Positions 1 through 12,276 of a stretch of 64,000 nucleotides of DNA are shown one piece after another. A model generated the notes under the pieces. It was not told the DNA's origin. It saw only the letters and a program-made list of their open reading frames with translations, and searched no databases. Location of the stretch: NCBI GenBank assembly GCA_032718475.1, contig JAUCBJ010008156.1, positions 27,696 through 91,695 on the forward strand, in the 5' to 3' direction. The position numbers were made by a program, and so were the translations under genes. Position 1 is the first letter of the stretch. Each line of letters begins with the position of its first letter. Source of the DNA: Nemertoderma westbladi. Taxonomy: Eukaryota; Animalia; Xenacoelomorpha.

Positions 1-798
1 TTGATCACACATAAAGAGAGCAGCGATTGACTCACGTAGGGTCTGCTAAATAACATTGGATTCAATACACACCACATTAATATAAATCGCAATTGTTATG
101 TATAGCCGGTCTCTCTAACCTGTAGTGTATCAAGAAAATTGGGAATTTGGGTGATTTATCCGTATTATCCAAAGAGCAATATTTCCATCAACAAATAGGT
201 ACAATTAATAACTGACGGTAAAATAACAGTACAAACAATATGATTAATGCAATTAAATTAAGTGAGCATGTTAATTAGTGAGTTATTGAGAAGTATCAAG
301 ATTCGGTAACAGTTTATACTTTCGATAATTTAAGCAGTTTTACTAGAGTTCTTCTCTAGAGCCGGTGTTTCTGGCTTAGACAGCAATAACAACAAAGTAT
401 CAAGTAAAAACAGTAAGACTGAACACTCTCCTTATGATCGGCCGAAAAGCTACACGTCGACAGGAAAAAACGCTCTGATTGGCTCAAGCCAAACAAAGAA
501 CCATGCATCCAATGGCTGTTTCCATGTCAGCAACCAGCTGTTAGATGTCGTAATATGAATCATCACGGCTAAGCTGTGAAAGGTATTTGGTGCATTGCAG
601 GTTTTTTGCCTTACCATGTCCGCTAAAACACGTATATAGCAGAATGACTTTTATGTCCGTTAAAACACCTGTAACGGTACCTTGCGGGCGAGGGGAATAT
701 ATATACAGTTAGAGAACCTTTTTAGAGTATTCCAGCGCCTGGGGGGAAACTGGATTGCGAAGCAAAGGGGCCAGTTATATCCCACAGAAGCTTTTACA
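1..798 (-). repeat. Putative 3' LTR of element A (runs off the window)
   Basis: Minus strand reads GGGAGCGG|TGTAAAAG at 806-791, like element B's GGAGCAG|TGATG junction; CCAAT/ATTGG boxes near 478-513. No second LTR is present to confirm it. Confidence 0.5.
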
Positions 799-876
799 CC
801 GCTCCCAGAAAATGGGATTTGAGTCTATGAAATATACAAAATCACAGTTTCTAATATACGTAAATACTCTAAACAG

Positions 877-2325
877 TTAGTCTTTCTTGCGCGGACGGCG
901 TTTACGCAGTTTTTTAAAGCTAGCCAGAGTCCTTTTCTCTTTGGGGCGAGCCACTTTACAAGGAGGGCTATAACTCCTGGGTGAAGGGTGCAATATGATT
1001 GCATCAGAAGGTATGGGATTGCGATCGGTATATCCGCCGGTCGAAGTACCGGGTTGATTGACATCAACGTCCGGGGAGAGGGGTCTAACGGCTTTGAGAG
1101 CTCGTTTCAAGACAGCCGCTCTTACGGGTCCTTTACGAGTGGTCTGAACGAGGGCCGTGGGTGGACCATAGGCAGTTAGAAACTTCCTTGGTTTAATGGT
1201 TCTTTCCAACTCGCGTTCGCGGGCTCTGTACTCGTAAGGCCGTCGATATACTTCCTGTAACTCAGGGTGTGAGTTGACAAATAAGTCTCCATAGGCCGGA
1301 TCTTGACGGATAAAGTTTATTAAGTTATACGAATTGATGTCACTCGGATTAATGCTCCTGAGGAATTTGCGTACATATTTGGTTGAAATACATTCTCCAA
1401 CGCGCTTCAATAGTTCATAACTTGATAGGCGCGATTTCTGCTCGACGGAGGCAAACAAATATGGATGGAACGCATAAACTCCTTCGTAGGCGCGTCCAGG
1501 ATAATAGCGATGGCGTGAATCACAATGTAAATCAGCGTTCGCTTCCCAAGCTCTGATATAACGTAGTACAATCATTTCATCTACGCTCTCTAAATCATGG
1601 TTAAAGGGACAATCAAAGCTGGCGTGTCCTTTTAATTGACAATGATGGCATTGAGTCATAAATTGGGGGCAGACAGCAAAAATGTGCAAATTATTAAATC
1701 TGCAATACGCGCAATAAATTTCCATCGCCGGTTGTTCGTGGAAATAGGAACAGCGGACGTTTGTGTCCATGGGCGTAACATGGTCTCTCGATGCGCATAA
1801 CCGACAACGTTGCCGAGAAACATAGTTGGCATGGCGATAATCGTACGCAGTGAGACACTGTGGACCTTGATACCATTCTAGGATGCAATCGTTGTCGCTG
1901 TTCCGAGCGCGATAGGCTGAATCTCCTCAGATTCTAGACATATTGGTTCGTCTTCCCAGTCTGTTACGAATAGAATTTTCGTGATCTATTCTCGTTTTAT
2001 AGTTACGACGCCGCTGGGTATGATATTTAAATAGAACCATTTCCCTTTCGGTGTCTGCATCGTCCGTATCATGTAAATCGGTAGGATGGCCGGTAGTTAA
2101 GAAGTCCATATACGTACCATTGCGATTCGTATAGCGAGCGGTGAATTTTCTATAGTCCGCTTCACGCGTAAGTTGTTCCTGGGACATCGGCGGTTCGATA
2201 TAACGACCATCGTCCTCCGTAATAGTCGGATCGGCTTCACCGCGTATCAAGCTATCCACAAACGCTTGTAAAGGTAGAGTATATCGCTCTCTAATACCAA
2301 GGTCATCTTCTATCAATTCCGTCAT
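877..2325 (-). CDS. Extra 3' ORF of element A, ~482 codons with CCHC zinc knuckles and one in-frame TGA (1927-1929)
   Basis: Track ORFs 1927..2325 and 877..1770 share a frame and the gap translates openly; motifs CRLCASRDH, CAYCRFNNLHIFAVC, CHHCQLKGHASFDC; basic C-terminus (KKLRKRRPRKKD). Confidence 0.65.
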
Positions 2326-3139
2326 ATCTGCTATCTGAGTTTGTTAATATCAATATAAGCTAATATTTTAGGCAAGCGGGCGTCGCTGCCTACTAGGCTT
2401 TTTGCCCCCGGACAGTGGGTTTCTCAGCGCCGATGTACCGCTGTCGCAGTGTTTACGCCAACATGTAGCAACAGCACGACAACGATAACCGGCACAAGTC
2501 CCACCACTGTCCGTCCCAAAGGCTTGAATCCACTTGAGGTTATCTCGGTAGAGTTAGGGCTATTTTACAATTGCGATTAGCTACTGTAAACACACTTTAG
2601 TAGTAACATTCACCTATAAACGCACAAATTCCATACAATCATTACTTACTGCACACATGCATGCCATTTGTCCGTTAGTCAGTGTCTTCCAGAATGTCAC
2701 ATTATTACTATGTATCCTTGGATACTAATAGTGCGCTATGTATACTCTTATGCTACGCAATGGGGCAAGCTTTTATTGGTCCTTTAACTTGTTTCTAATT
2801 CTAGCGTGGGTGTTGCCATGGTGACATTATGGAAAACTAGCGGTAGAATTAGGGCAATCCTCATGCATACAGATCTGGGATGTTATTTAATAGTAATTCT
2901 TTAATTGTCAATATCCTCTTTATGCATGATTTTATAAATTTTATCGGCTATTGACTATATGTTGGAGATTCTCACACTCTAGTACACTCAATATGAATCT
3001 CCGCTCCCATGATCTATTAATTACTGGAATTTTGGGAATGTTATAAATTGTACAAAATGACAATTTATGAAATTCATTTGAATATGAATTTAAATTTATT
3101 CCCGTGAATTTTATTATTTGATATTAAATTGACATAAAT

Positions 3140-3430
3140 TTTATTCCAGAGCATATCTGGGGACTTAGGATCCTTAATTCTATAAAATAGTCCTTCTAAG
3201 AATATCGGTAAATACTGCGATATCTTAATTGACTAGAAATTTTAAAGGATCGGGATTTTACAGATTTTAACAAAATATTAAATTAATATTTAGGATGGGC
3301 ACCGATTTATTCCAGAACTTGTCTGGGGACGTTAACCACTGATTCTAGAATTTGTCTTTCAAGTATATCGGTGGGTGCCACGATATCTTAATCGACTAGA
3401 ATTACAGATGGTCAAAAATTTAACAGATTT
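3140..3430. repeat. Diverged ~165-bp direct duplication in element A intergenic region
   Basis: TTTATTCCAGA...TCTGGGGAC...TATCGGT...CGATATCTTAAT.GACTAGAA occurs at ~3140 and ~3306. Confidence 0.7.
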
Positions 3431-3935
3431 ATTTGCGATTGACGCTACTGTTAGAGGGACATCACGCTACTATATGTATTATTTGTTGTAAGGTAGAAGA
3501 GCAATATCGCACGAAGCAATGTCAGTGTGAAGAGGCAAGTCGTTTCCAAGGTCTACCCAGAGCTTGGTTTAGCCGAGACACGAGGATCTGAACTTTGCAT
3601 TCCTAATACTCTGCCTACCAATAATACTTAAATATAGTAGTGGCTTTATTGTACTTTAAGAAGTACTGACATGTCATCTTACTATAGTCTCGCATTTATA
3701 ATATAATACGGACAGTAAGGAAAGAGAAAATAATTACTTCTTGCCGTCGCACTAAATATATATTATAAGTAATTATGTACGTAATAAACACTAATATATT
3801 GCACTAATTTACTAAATATTCTAAAATAACATTTTACTAAATAAAATTAAATAAAAACGTACATAATAACATTTACATATAAAATGTAATAAAAATAGAT
3901 AAAATAATATAGACATACACCCACTCCATATATAA

Positions 3936-5440
3936 TTACGTTATGGAGTCCCTAGATCTTTGTCGAATTAGGGAAGTGGTCGTAGGAAGAGTATCTTGCC
4001 TTCCATGGTTTCCGGACAGTTTTCGGTCTCTTTCCAGTAAACCTAAACGACCAGCTGGGCGATTAGGCTGTCGTGTTACTTTCTCCGCTCCCTTGGCCTG
4101 TCTAATTTCTGCCGTGGTAAGATGAGGAGGCCATTCTTCTTCTTCTTTACTTAAGGAGTCGGATCCACCTAACCAGCCTGGAGTATCTATCAGTTCTTGA
4201 GGAGTTGCTCCTCTGGAAGCGATGTCGGCTGGATTAATCGTCCCAAGGCAATGTCTCCATTGATCTACATTGGAGTTAATATCGTCATTATCTGAGGAGT
4301 ATGGTGTTCCCTCAGTTGGATCGTCCACATCACTGCTCTCCACTTCCCATTCCTTTACTTGGTATACCTGTTGTTGAGGTAATCTCTCTTTGAGAGTTCT
4401 ACGGGAAGGGCCAGTGAAGTACCAACCTACTCTAGTTCTTACCGCATAGGTTTGTAGTGGCTGTGGTTGAGCAGGCCGTTTCTCCAATGTCTCTAGCGCC
4501 TCATGCGCGTTTTGGCCGATGAGTATTTGCACTCCAGGATAATCTGTCTGGAATCGAGGTATCTTAAGATGTTGGATGCTCTCATCCTCTTCCCAATTAT
4601 AAAGGTCTGCTTGGGTAGTAGCGAAGTTCTTTATAGCCACCATTTTTACTGACCTTATACTTTGTGCTCCTAATTTATCCTGGGGGGTGGACAACGCACC
4701 TACATAGTAATCTGCCGTTATGGTAGATTTCCAAACCTGTATAATTCCTGACATATTCAATTTAGTCCGGAACTTGGGTTGTCCAGCAAAGATATCTTCG
4801 GCTAGTTCTTGATCGATGAATGTTCTTGTGCTGCCGGAGTCAAGTAGGGCGTTCACTATGTAACTCTTGTTGGGACCATGAACTCGAACTTGCACTACAG
4901 GAAATTCTCTTATTCCTATGTTGGAAGTTGGAACTTTCCAAGATGGTTGTTTGTCAAAAGGAGTTGGAGTAAACTCGTCAGTGTCCTTTTCATCCGTAAG
5001 TGCTCGATACACTGTGGTATTTATTAGATAACAGGATTCGTTGGCATCGGAGAATTCGTCTGTATAGAATCCTTCCCACTCAGAACCTTGGTCAGTGTCG
5101 TTCACATCACTGAATTGGACATGTAGTTCGGGCTCACTTACCTGACTCGGGTTGTCTCGTTCGAACTCACTGTGTAACAAGATGTGATGTTTCGCGCCAC
5201 ACTTTGCACACTTTACGTCGGAGTAACAGGTTCGCCGTTGGTGTCCTGATCTGAGGCAATTATAGCATAACCGCTTATTCCACAGGACTGTACGTCTGTC
5301 TACAGAGGATTTCTTTAGAAATTCAGCACACGCACTCAAACGGTGGGGCCCGTCGCACAGCGCACATTTTGGTTTGATGTTACTCACCTTAACTTGGTTA
5401 ACGTTCGCTTGCGTCCTTCTGGGCTCCTCTCTGATGACTC
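3936..5440 (-). pseudogene. BEL/Pao gag-protease fused directly to the RNase H C-terminus (RT and integrase deleted)
   Basis: CALCDGPHRLSAC, CYNCLRSGHQRRTC, CAKCGAKHHILLH, ALLDSGS, RTRVGW, then immediately WRHCLGTINPADIASRG...WP. Confidence 0.85.
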
Positions 5441-5839
5441 CGAGGCGCACCCATGAGGCGGACGCTGTCCCACCACCCTTGGGGCCAGTCCGACTGATGT
5501 TTTTATCAGACCGGGCCGGAGGGTAGCCCGATACTTCCCGGGTTCACTTTTCAATCCCCCGATCACACCGGCACAACTCGTCGGTGTAGCCAGATGGTCG
5601 GCTACTGTCAACTTGCTGTGGCCTGACTGTACATTGAGCCAACTCAGAGAGTCAACCGGCGGGTGGACCAGTCAATAGCGATCGAGCATCAAGGTCGCCC
5701 TTGAGCCAAACCGACGGTCTTGTCCCAAGCGGGCTTGCGCTACCCACATTGGAATATTGACCGTTTTCACCCGCCTCGCCGGCAGTATTGAGGGGAAGTC
5801 GGTTCCACAAACAATACTGACTAGCTCGAAAGCTAGGAT
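5441..5839 (+). other. GC-rich, hairpin-rich segment fused to the 5' end of RTE copy 1 (alternative 5' leader?)
   Basis: Not in RTE copy 2 and not gag-coding; stems GGCGGGTG/CACCCGCC, GTCAATA/TATTGAC, CAGTATTG/CAATACTG, CTAGCT/AGCTAG, TCAAGG/CCTTGA. Confidence 0.5.
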
Positions 5840-8800
5840 CTGGCAGCAAGGGTACAGGGCATGACCCAGCAGATGAGCTGCAACAGCCAATGGTGGGTCA
5901 TGTGCGCCAGAGTAGATATGGGTGATGGGCCTCATATCTGACTCCATTGCGACACCCACCCTGTGGAATGGCAAACCAGGGTGTGGTATTTGCCCCGAGA
6001 GCTGACTCGGCAAAAAAAGCACCCCCCAACCCCCACTATGGATTACATTAGCAATGCGGAAGTCCGGCCACTAGAGGCCAGTGGAATTATCGGACACAAT
6101 TGGCCTCACAGGCGTCAGTTAACTCCTGACCGGCTGCCTGTCTCACCCCCTACTGGAGAGAGAGCAGCCAACAATTCTTTGTGTCCCTTTCCTGATGACC
6201 TTTCTGGCCCAAACCCTGGGTCACCAGGGAGGCCACATTGTGATGGGGAGAGGGATTCTGGAGTTGGAGGCTACTCTCATGTTCCACCCCGACCAACAAA
6301 GCCATTGGTAAATCTGAGGCTAGCCTCAGTAAACACCCTAACACTCGGGTCCCCAATGCGACAAGGTGAGCTGACTTCCTCGGCAAATAAGCTTTCTCTT
6401 AGCGCAGTGGGTGTTCAAGAGCACCGAATGCAGACTGGACAGACTGATGAGGTTCTGATTAAGGACATGGGGGGCGGTTGGCGACTCGCCCTCGCGTCAG
6501 CAGATGATAGTGGCAATGGAGGAATTGGTCTATTGATGAATCCAACTGCACATGCAGCATTGGACAAAATAGACCAAATCTCTAACCGCATCATCCGTTG
6601 CCACTTCTCATGTTCTGGAAGACTGGCCAAGAAGTTTCCTAAAGTGGTTCTGATTGTGTGCTACTCTCCAACTAGTGTTGCCCCTGTAGAGGAGGTGGAA
6701 AATTTCTACCACAATCTACAAGCAGCTACTGATGGAGTGGATCAGCATGCATTCTTAACATTCCTGGGAGACTTTATTGCAAGTCTGCATCAATCACCTA
6801 CATCGCCCTGGGTCTATAGCAATAGTGTTAACCGAAATTCTGTCCATCTTCAGGATTTTATCTCTGGAAATGGATTGTTTTCGGCTGGAACCCAGCTCAA
6901 GAAGCGAACTGGAAAGCTATGGACTCATAGTGGACCCAGTGGTCACAAGTCCCAGATAGACCATATTCTGTTTCGTAGGAAATACAGGAGCTCTATACAA
7001 GACTGTAATGCATTTACACTTCGACCCATCTCCAGTGATCACCGCCTTATTGTAAGACTTAGTCTGCGTGCTAGCAGAACAACGAAATCTGCCTTGCCGC
7101 GGCATGACTGGTCCTCTCTGTTGCAACAGCCAAGTGTGAGATCCAGCTTCACACTACAGCTGAGCAACAGGTATGAGGCTCTTGCCTCTGATGCGGCAGA
7201 TCACTGTGAGGGCTATACTGCCTTTACAGAAGCAGTTAAGTTAGCAGCTGCAGAAACAGTTCCTGTATACCCTCGAAACAGGAAAAGGGCCCCCTGGACT
7301 GACAACAAAATTCAGAAGTGCCGTAATGACCTTCATAAGGCGCAGAAAGAGTCCCGACTCAAACAGACTACAGCGGCCAAGAATGCAGTTAAGGCTGCAT
7401 CTAGGTCCCTGAACAGGCAGTACTCTGTTAATCTACAGGAGCTAATAAACCAACAGGTTGATGCCATCAATGATGTTGACGACAACAGGCAATCATCCCA
7501 GGCATGGAAATCGATCAATTTGCTTACTGGGCGGAAAAGCCAACCAACCACCAAGGTTACGGCTGAATCACCAGCCGATCGCCTCAATGTTTGGAAAGCC
7601 CACTTTGAAAAGCTCCTCAATAATGACAGGGTATTGCCTGATAACTTTATAGAAGTAAAAGTGTCTGAGTCTGTACTCCCAGATATTCCCATTGGCGATA
7701 TCTCCTTTGCAGAAGTGAAGGCTGCTGCAAAGATCATTAAGACCAATCGTGCCAGTGGAGTAGATGGTGTTCCCCCTGAGGTCTTTAAAATTCCTGAGTG
7801 TTTAAAGCTCATCTATCCCATCATAGTAGACATGTACCGAACAACAAGAGTCCCACAAGAAATGAAAACAAATAAGTTGGTGCCAGTTCCCAATAAGGGC
7901 AACCTAACACTTTATGGTTCTTTTCTGGGAATCTCATTGATCTCGATTGCTGCAAAGCTATACAATAGGATTCTATTAAATCGCATCAGGGATCCCATTG
8001 AGAGACTGCTCCGTGGAAATCAGAATGGGTTCCGTAAAGATCGTGGGACCATGGAGCCCATTTTGGCACTTAGAAGGATAATTGAAGAATTATCAAAAAA
8101 GAAAGACAGGCATCTGGCTGTTATCTTTGTTGACTTCTGCAAGGCCTTTGATTCAGTCTCTCGCTCACGTATGTTCAGCATACTTTCATTATATGGGATT
8201 CCTGATGAAATTATTGCAGCCATCAGATCAGTATACGATGGTTCGACAACATTTGTGTCTACTGTTGACGGTGACACAGAACCATTTGAAGTGTTATGGG
8301 GCGTCCTCCAAGGAGACACACTTGCACCATTCTTGTTCATTATTGTGGTTGACTATGTTCTTCCGCCTTAGATCATCATAATGATGATGGGGTGATGATA
8401 ACTCCACCTACTGGCTCCCGAAGTCGAGGAAATCCTGCCAAGTACCTAACTGATCTAGACTTTGCTGATGACTTAGGAGTACTCTCAGAAACATTAGAGG
8501 GAGCCCAACGGCTCCTCAGCTCATTAGAACATGCTGCTTCTAGTGTTGGTCTTTTTATTAACTCCAGAAAGACCAAAATTTTGACAGTTAACTTTGAAAG
8601 TCCACATGCTCAAGCATACCATCCCATGAGCTTAAGCTCAAAGGATGGTATGCTTGAGTATGTGGACGACTTCTGTTACCTGGGATCATGGATCCGGAAG
8701 TCAGGTGAGGACCTTCGAATATGTAAGGGAAAGGCATGGGCAGCCTTGAATAGGCTTTCCAGGATTTGGAAGTCACCGAGAATTAATCGGAAACTTAAGG

Positions 8801-9282
8801 TCCAGTTATTTAGAGCAGCAGTAGTTCCAGTACTCCTCTACGGGAGTCCATGCTGGGCTCTAACTGCTGAGGACACCAAATCTCTGGATGGCACATTCAC
8901 AAGAATGCTGCGCCGGGTTCATTGTGTCAAGTACAATGCACACATCTCCAACCAGATACTATATAACATTGGAGGTGTCTCATTGGTTCCCCCAAGCTTG
9001 ACACTAGAACAAAATCGCCTCCGCTTTGCAGGACATTGCTTTCGCCGTGAGGACCAGCCAGTGCATAATCCTGTACTTTGGCAGCCTCATGGAGTGAATA
9101 AGCATGGTGGACAGCCTATGACTTTCTTGAGACGCATCTTAAAGGACACTGGCCTTGAAGATGCGGATGATCTAGCAAATGTCATGGGTGATAGGGAGTT
9201 GTGGCGGTGCAATTTTGTTGACAAGCCGGCACAGCATTCTTAAAAATGCAGCTGCAATGCAGCATGCCGATCCTAGTAGTAG
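5840..9282 (+). mobile_element. RTE-clade non-LTR retrotransposon, copy 1
   Basis: Single APE+RT ORF, ~30-nt 3' UTR, (TAG)n tail; nearly identical to 38821..42293. Confidence 0.93.
5963..9243 (+). pseudogene. RTE endonuclease/reverse transcriptase, frameshifted near 8365
   Basis: APE motifs (SVNTLTL, VQEHR, QIDHIL, SDH) and RT motifs (GVLQGDTLAPFLF, DFADDL); ORF breaks at 8371/8392 relative to copy 2. Confidence 0.92.
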
Positions 9283-9597
9283 CCAAAACAATAAAAGAGG
9301 AGCACATAAATGACAATGAAAATAAATTATGGAACACATTGGTTTCAATTTGAGCGTCTCTACTGGTAAGTTACAACCAATGAGTCGATAGTGATTACAT
9401 CCCATATTCCAGATTTTAACTTACGTCTTATGACAGGCTTTAGTCCTGCGATTAGGTTTCGGTGGAAATGTGTATTAAATGTGAATTCTTAACAAAATAA
9501 CTTATGTTTTACCAGTGGAGCATGGTCGACCTGAAATTTTGACATATGGAATCAGACAAAATGTGAAATCGACTTGAAACTTACGGAGGTAAACGCT

Positions 9598-10778
9598 ACG
9601 CCTACACATACAGTACTGTATGCCTACACATACAGTACTGTATGCCTACACATACAGTACTGTATAGCTACACCTAGAGTACTGTATGCCTACACCTAGA
9701 GTACTGTATGCCTACACCTAGAGTACTGTATGCCTACACATACAGTACTGTATGCCTACACCTAGAGTACTGTATGCCTACACATACAGTACTGTATGCC
9801 TATACCTACAGTACTGTATGCCTACACCTAGAGTACTGTATGCCTACACCTACAGTACTGTATGCCTACACATACAGTACTGTATGCCTACACCTACAGT
9901 ACTGTATGCCTACACATACAGTACTGTATGCCTACACCTACAGTACTGTATACCTACACCTAGAGTACTGTATGCCTACACCTACAGTACTGTATGCCTA
10001 CACATACAGTACTGTATGCCTACACCTACAGTACTGTATGCCTACACCTAGAGTACTGTATGCCTACACCTACAGTACTGTATGCCTACACATACAGTAC
10101 TGTATGCCTACACCTACAGTACTGTATGCCTACACATACAGTACTGTATGCCTACACCTACAATACTGTATACCTACACCTAGAGTACTGTATGCCTACA
10201 CCTACAGTACTGTATGCCTACACATACAGTACTGTATGCCTACACCTACAGTACTGTATGCCTACACATACAGTACTGTATACCTACACCTAGAGTACTG
10301 TATGCCTACACCTACAGTACTGTATGCTTACACCTACAGTACTGTATGCCTACACCTACAGTACTGTATGCTTGCTCCTACAGTACAGTATGCCTACACA
10401 TACAGTACTGTATGCCTACACATATAGTACTGTATGTCTACACTGCAGTACTGTATGCCTACACATGCATGTACCGTAAGCAAGCCGGTAGGCCTACAGA
10501 ATTTGAAAACGACTTATATGACTTACGGAGGTAAACGATATGTCTGCACCTACAGTACTGTATGCCTACACCTACAGTACTGTATGCCTACACATACAGT
10601 ACTGTATGCCTACACCTACAGCTACATTACTGTATGCCTACACCTACAGCTACATTACTGTATGCCTACACCTACAGCTACAGTACTGTATGCCTACACC
10701 TACAGCTACAGTACTGTATGCCTACACCTACAGCTACAGTAATGTATGCCTACACTTACAGTACTGTATGCCTACAGT
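9598..10778. repeat. 22-bp minisatellite (TACAGTACTGTATGCCTACACC) in two blocks
   Basis: Directly visible; palindromic core TACAGTACTGTA; both blocks are preceded by ACTTACGGAGGTAAACG; an inverted partial unit lies at ~10810-10831. Confidence 0.97.
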
Positions 10779-11021
10779 TTAATAACCTGCTTACAAGTAA
10801 GCGTTGGTGTGTAGGCATACTGTAGGTGTAGAGTTTAGCCCTTTTCCAGAGAACCTAATCGATATTTTCTCACATTTACCTGCAGCATATAATTTTTGTA
10901 CGTTATGTGAACTTGAATAGACGAGACACATCGGACAAAAAATCGATCTGATTTTATCATTTCAAATCGGATCTGTTTTTAATAATTTTGTAAAAATTTA
11001 TATATTTTCTTTGATTGTCAG

Positions 11022-11215
11022 GAGATGGATATTCGACTCAGCACACCGTTTGGTAGGATTCAGCGCGGAGTTTATCGGGTATATCGCCATGCTTCTTGGC
11101 GCCAGGTTGTTAAACTTCGAGGGAAAACGAAACGATGTGTTTTGGCTGATTTTCGCAGGACTTCTCATCCATATAATTATACGATTTACATCAGACGTAA
11201 TTGTTCATCAAAAAG
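11022..11215 (+). CDS. Host exon: cytochrome b561 / ferric-chelate reductase (FRRS1-like), penultimate coding exon
   Basis: TTTCTTTGATTGTCAG acceptor, AAAG|GTACAA donor; RWIFDSAHRLVGFSAEFIGYIAMLLG...VFWLIFAGLLIHIII resembles the RxIFNWxHxxVG helix with the 4th heme His (recalled similarity, not searched). Confidence 0.7.
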
Positions 11216-12065
11216 GTACAATTTCTCGAACTGGGAAAATTGCCCCCGAGGACATTTGCCCCCGATATCCTGTTTTCAGAATAATTTTAACCTTGTAGGC
11301 CTAAGCCCTTGAATGTTTTCCTAAGGTTTTCTGAAATAATTGAAGTAATAATATAATCCTTGATCACCATTTCCAAACTTTTAATTTTTATGTGTTTTTT
11401 CACTTATCCAAGGTTTTTATCTCGAACAATTTAACTGACTTTATGCTAGCTAAAATATGGGAATTATTGAGCATACAAATAAGCCAACATAGATTTTTTA
11501 AATTGTTGGAGACTGACTCCGCTATATAAATACAGTTGTTAATGTTTGACAAGTTGGGAATATGACTAACTTACTAGTCAGGGGCGATCTTATATATTTT
11601 GCAATGGAAGAGTTTTTGAAAAATATCACATGCACATATTGTTGATTGTAGATTAATTGAGATTTGGGCAGCTTGCTAACGGGTTATAGCAGAAGTAACA
11701 CATCTGTAGGCCTAATATCCGGCTCAAGATCATATGGTAACCTTCTCGTTTGAACAATCATGATGCAAAGTGATTTACGCCCATTTATTCCGCGTTTGAA
11801 TGTTGAATATATTCACCTTTGCAGAGAAGAAAATACGTTTTAACTATTAGCCTTGAAAAGTTGCAAGGTGGTGACCGATAAAACATATAACATAAGAACA
11901 AAACATATAATCTTACGAGTTTTCAAAACATCCGAAAGAATTCATTTTATTTTGGAGTACAATTTTGGTATGCCATATATTTTAGTATTATTGATTATTT
12001 CCTTATTTTATTATAATAATAGTAATAAATCAGAGAAATAAATCAACTGTGTGTTTTATTTGCAG

Positions 12066-12202
12066 GTAAATACAAGAAATTCGACTCAACAGATCCTATG
12101 GCTTCGACTGATGGTCAGGTTGTATTCCTTCTTTATGTTTTGGATGTTATATTGGCCCTCACATTGGGGTGGATTATTATCGGCCGGATCTGTAATACTT
12201 AA
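12066..12202 (+). CDS. Host terminal coding exon of the same gene, C-terminal TM helix
   Basis: TTTTATTTGCAG acceptor; phase-1 join (G|GT) fits the previous exon; GKYKKFDSTDPMASTDGQVVFLLYVLDVILALTLGWIIIGRICNT*; AATAAA at 12213 and 12252. Confidence 0.7.
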
Positions 12203-12276
12203 TATCCCCGGCAATAAATACTTTAACAATGAACTTTAGCAATATTTTAACAATAAATATTTCGGCACAAAAGGTA

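Larger units (their letters stand above)
1..5440 (-). mobile_element. BEL/Pao LTR retrotransposon A, internally deleted 3' part
   Basis: Gag triple Cys/His knuckles, LLDSGS protease and the Pao-type RNase H tail QWRHCLGTINPADIASRG, then an extra ORF and a PPT/LTR-like junction at 798/799. Confidence 0.8.

Noticed and set aside
5720-5800. HDV-like (CCG-CCTCGC-CGG) or twister-like (GTCCCAAGC) cores
   Set aside because: The required P1.1/P2 or P4/pseudoknot pairings could not be built, and competing stems pair better.
9310-9370. Possible upstream exon ending at GTAAGT
   Set aside because: The phase-compatible translation shows no b561-like sequence.
9708-10825. Tyr/Thr/Cys-rich ORFs
   Set aside because: Translations of a 22-bp repeat that is open in several frames; the unit is not a multiple of 3.
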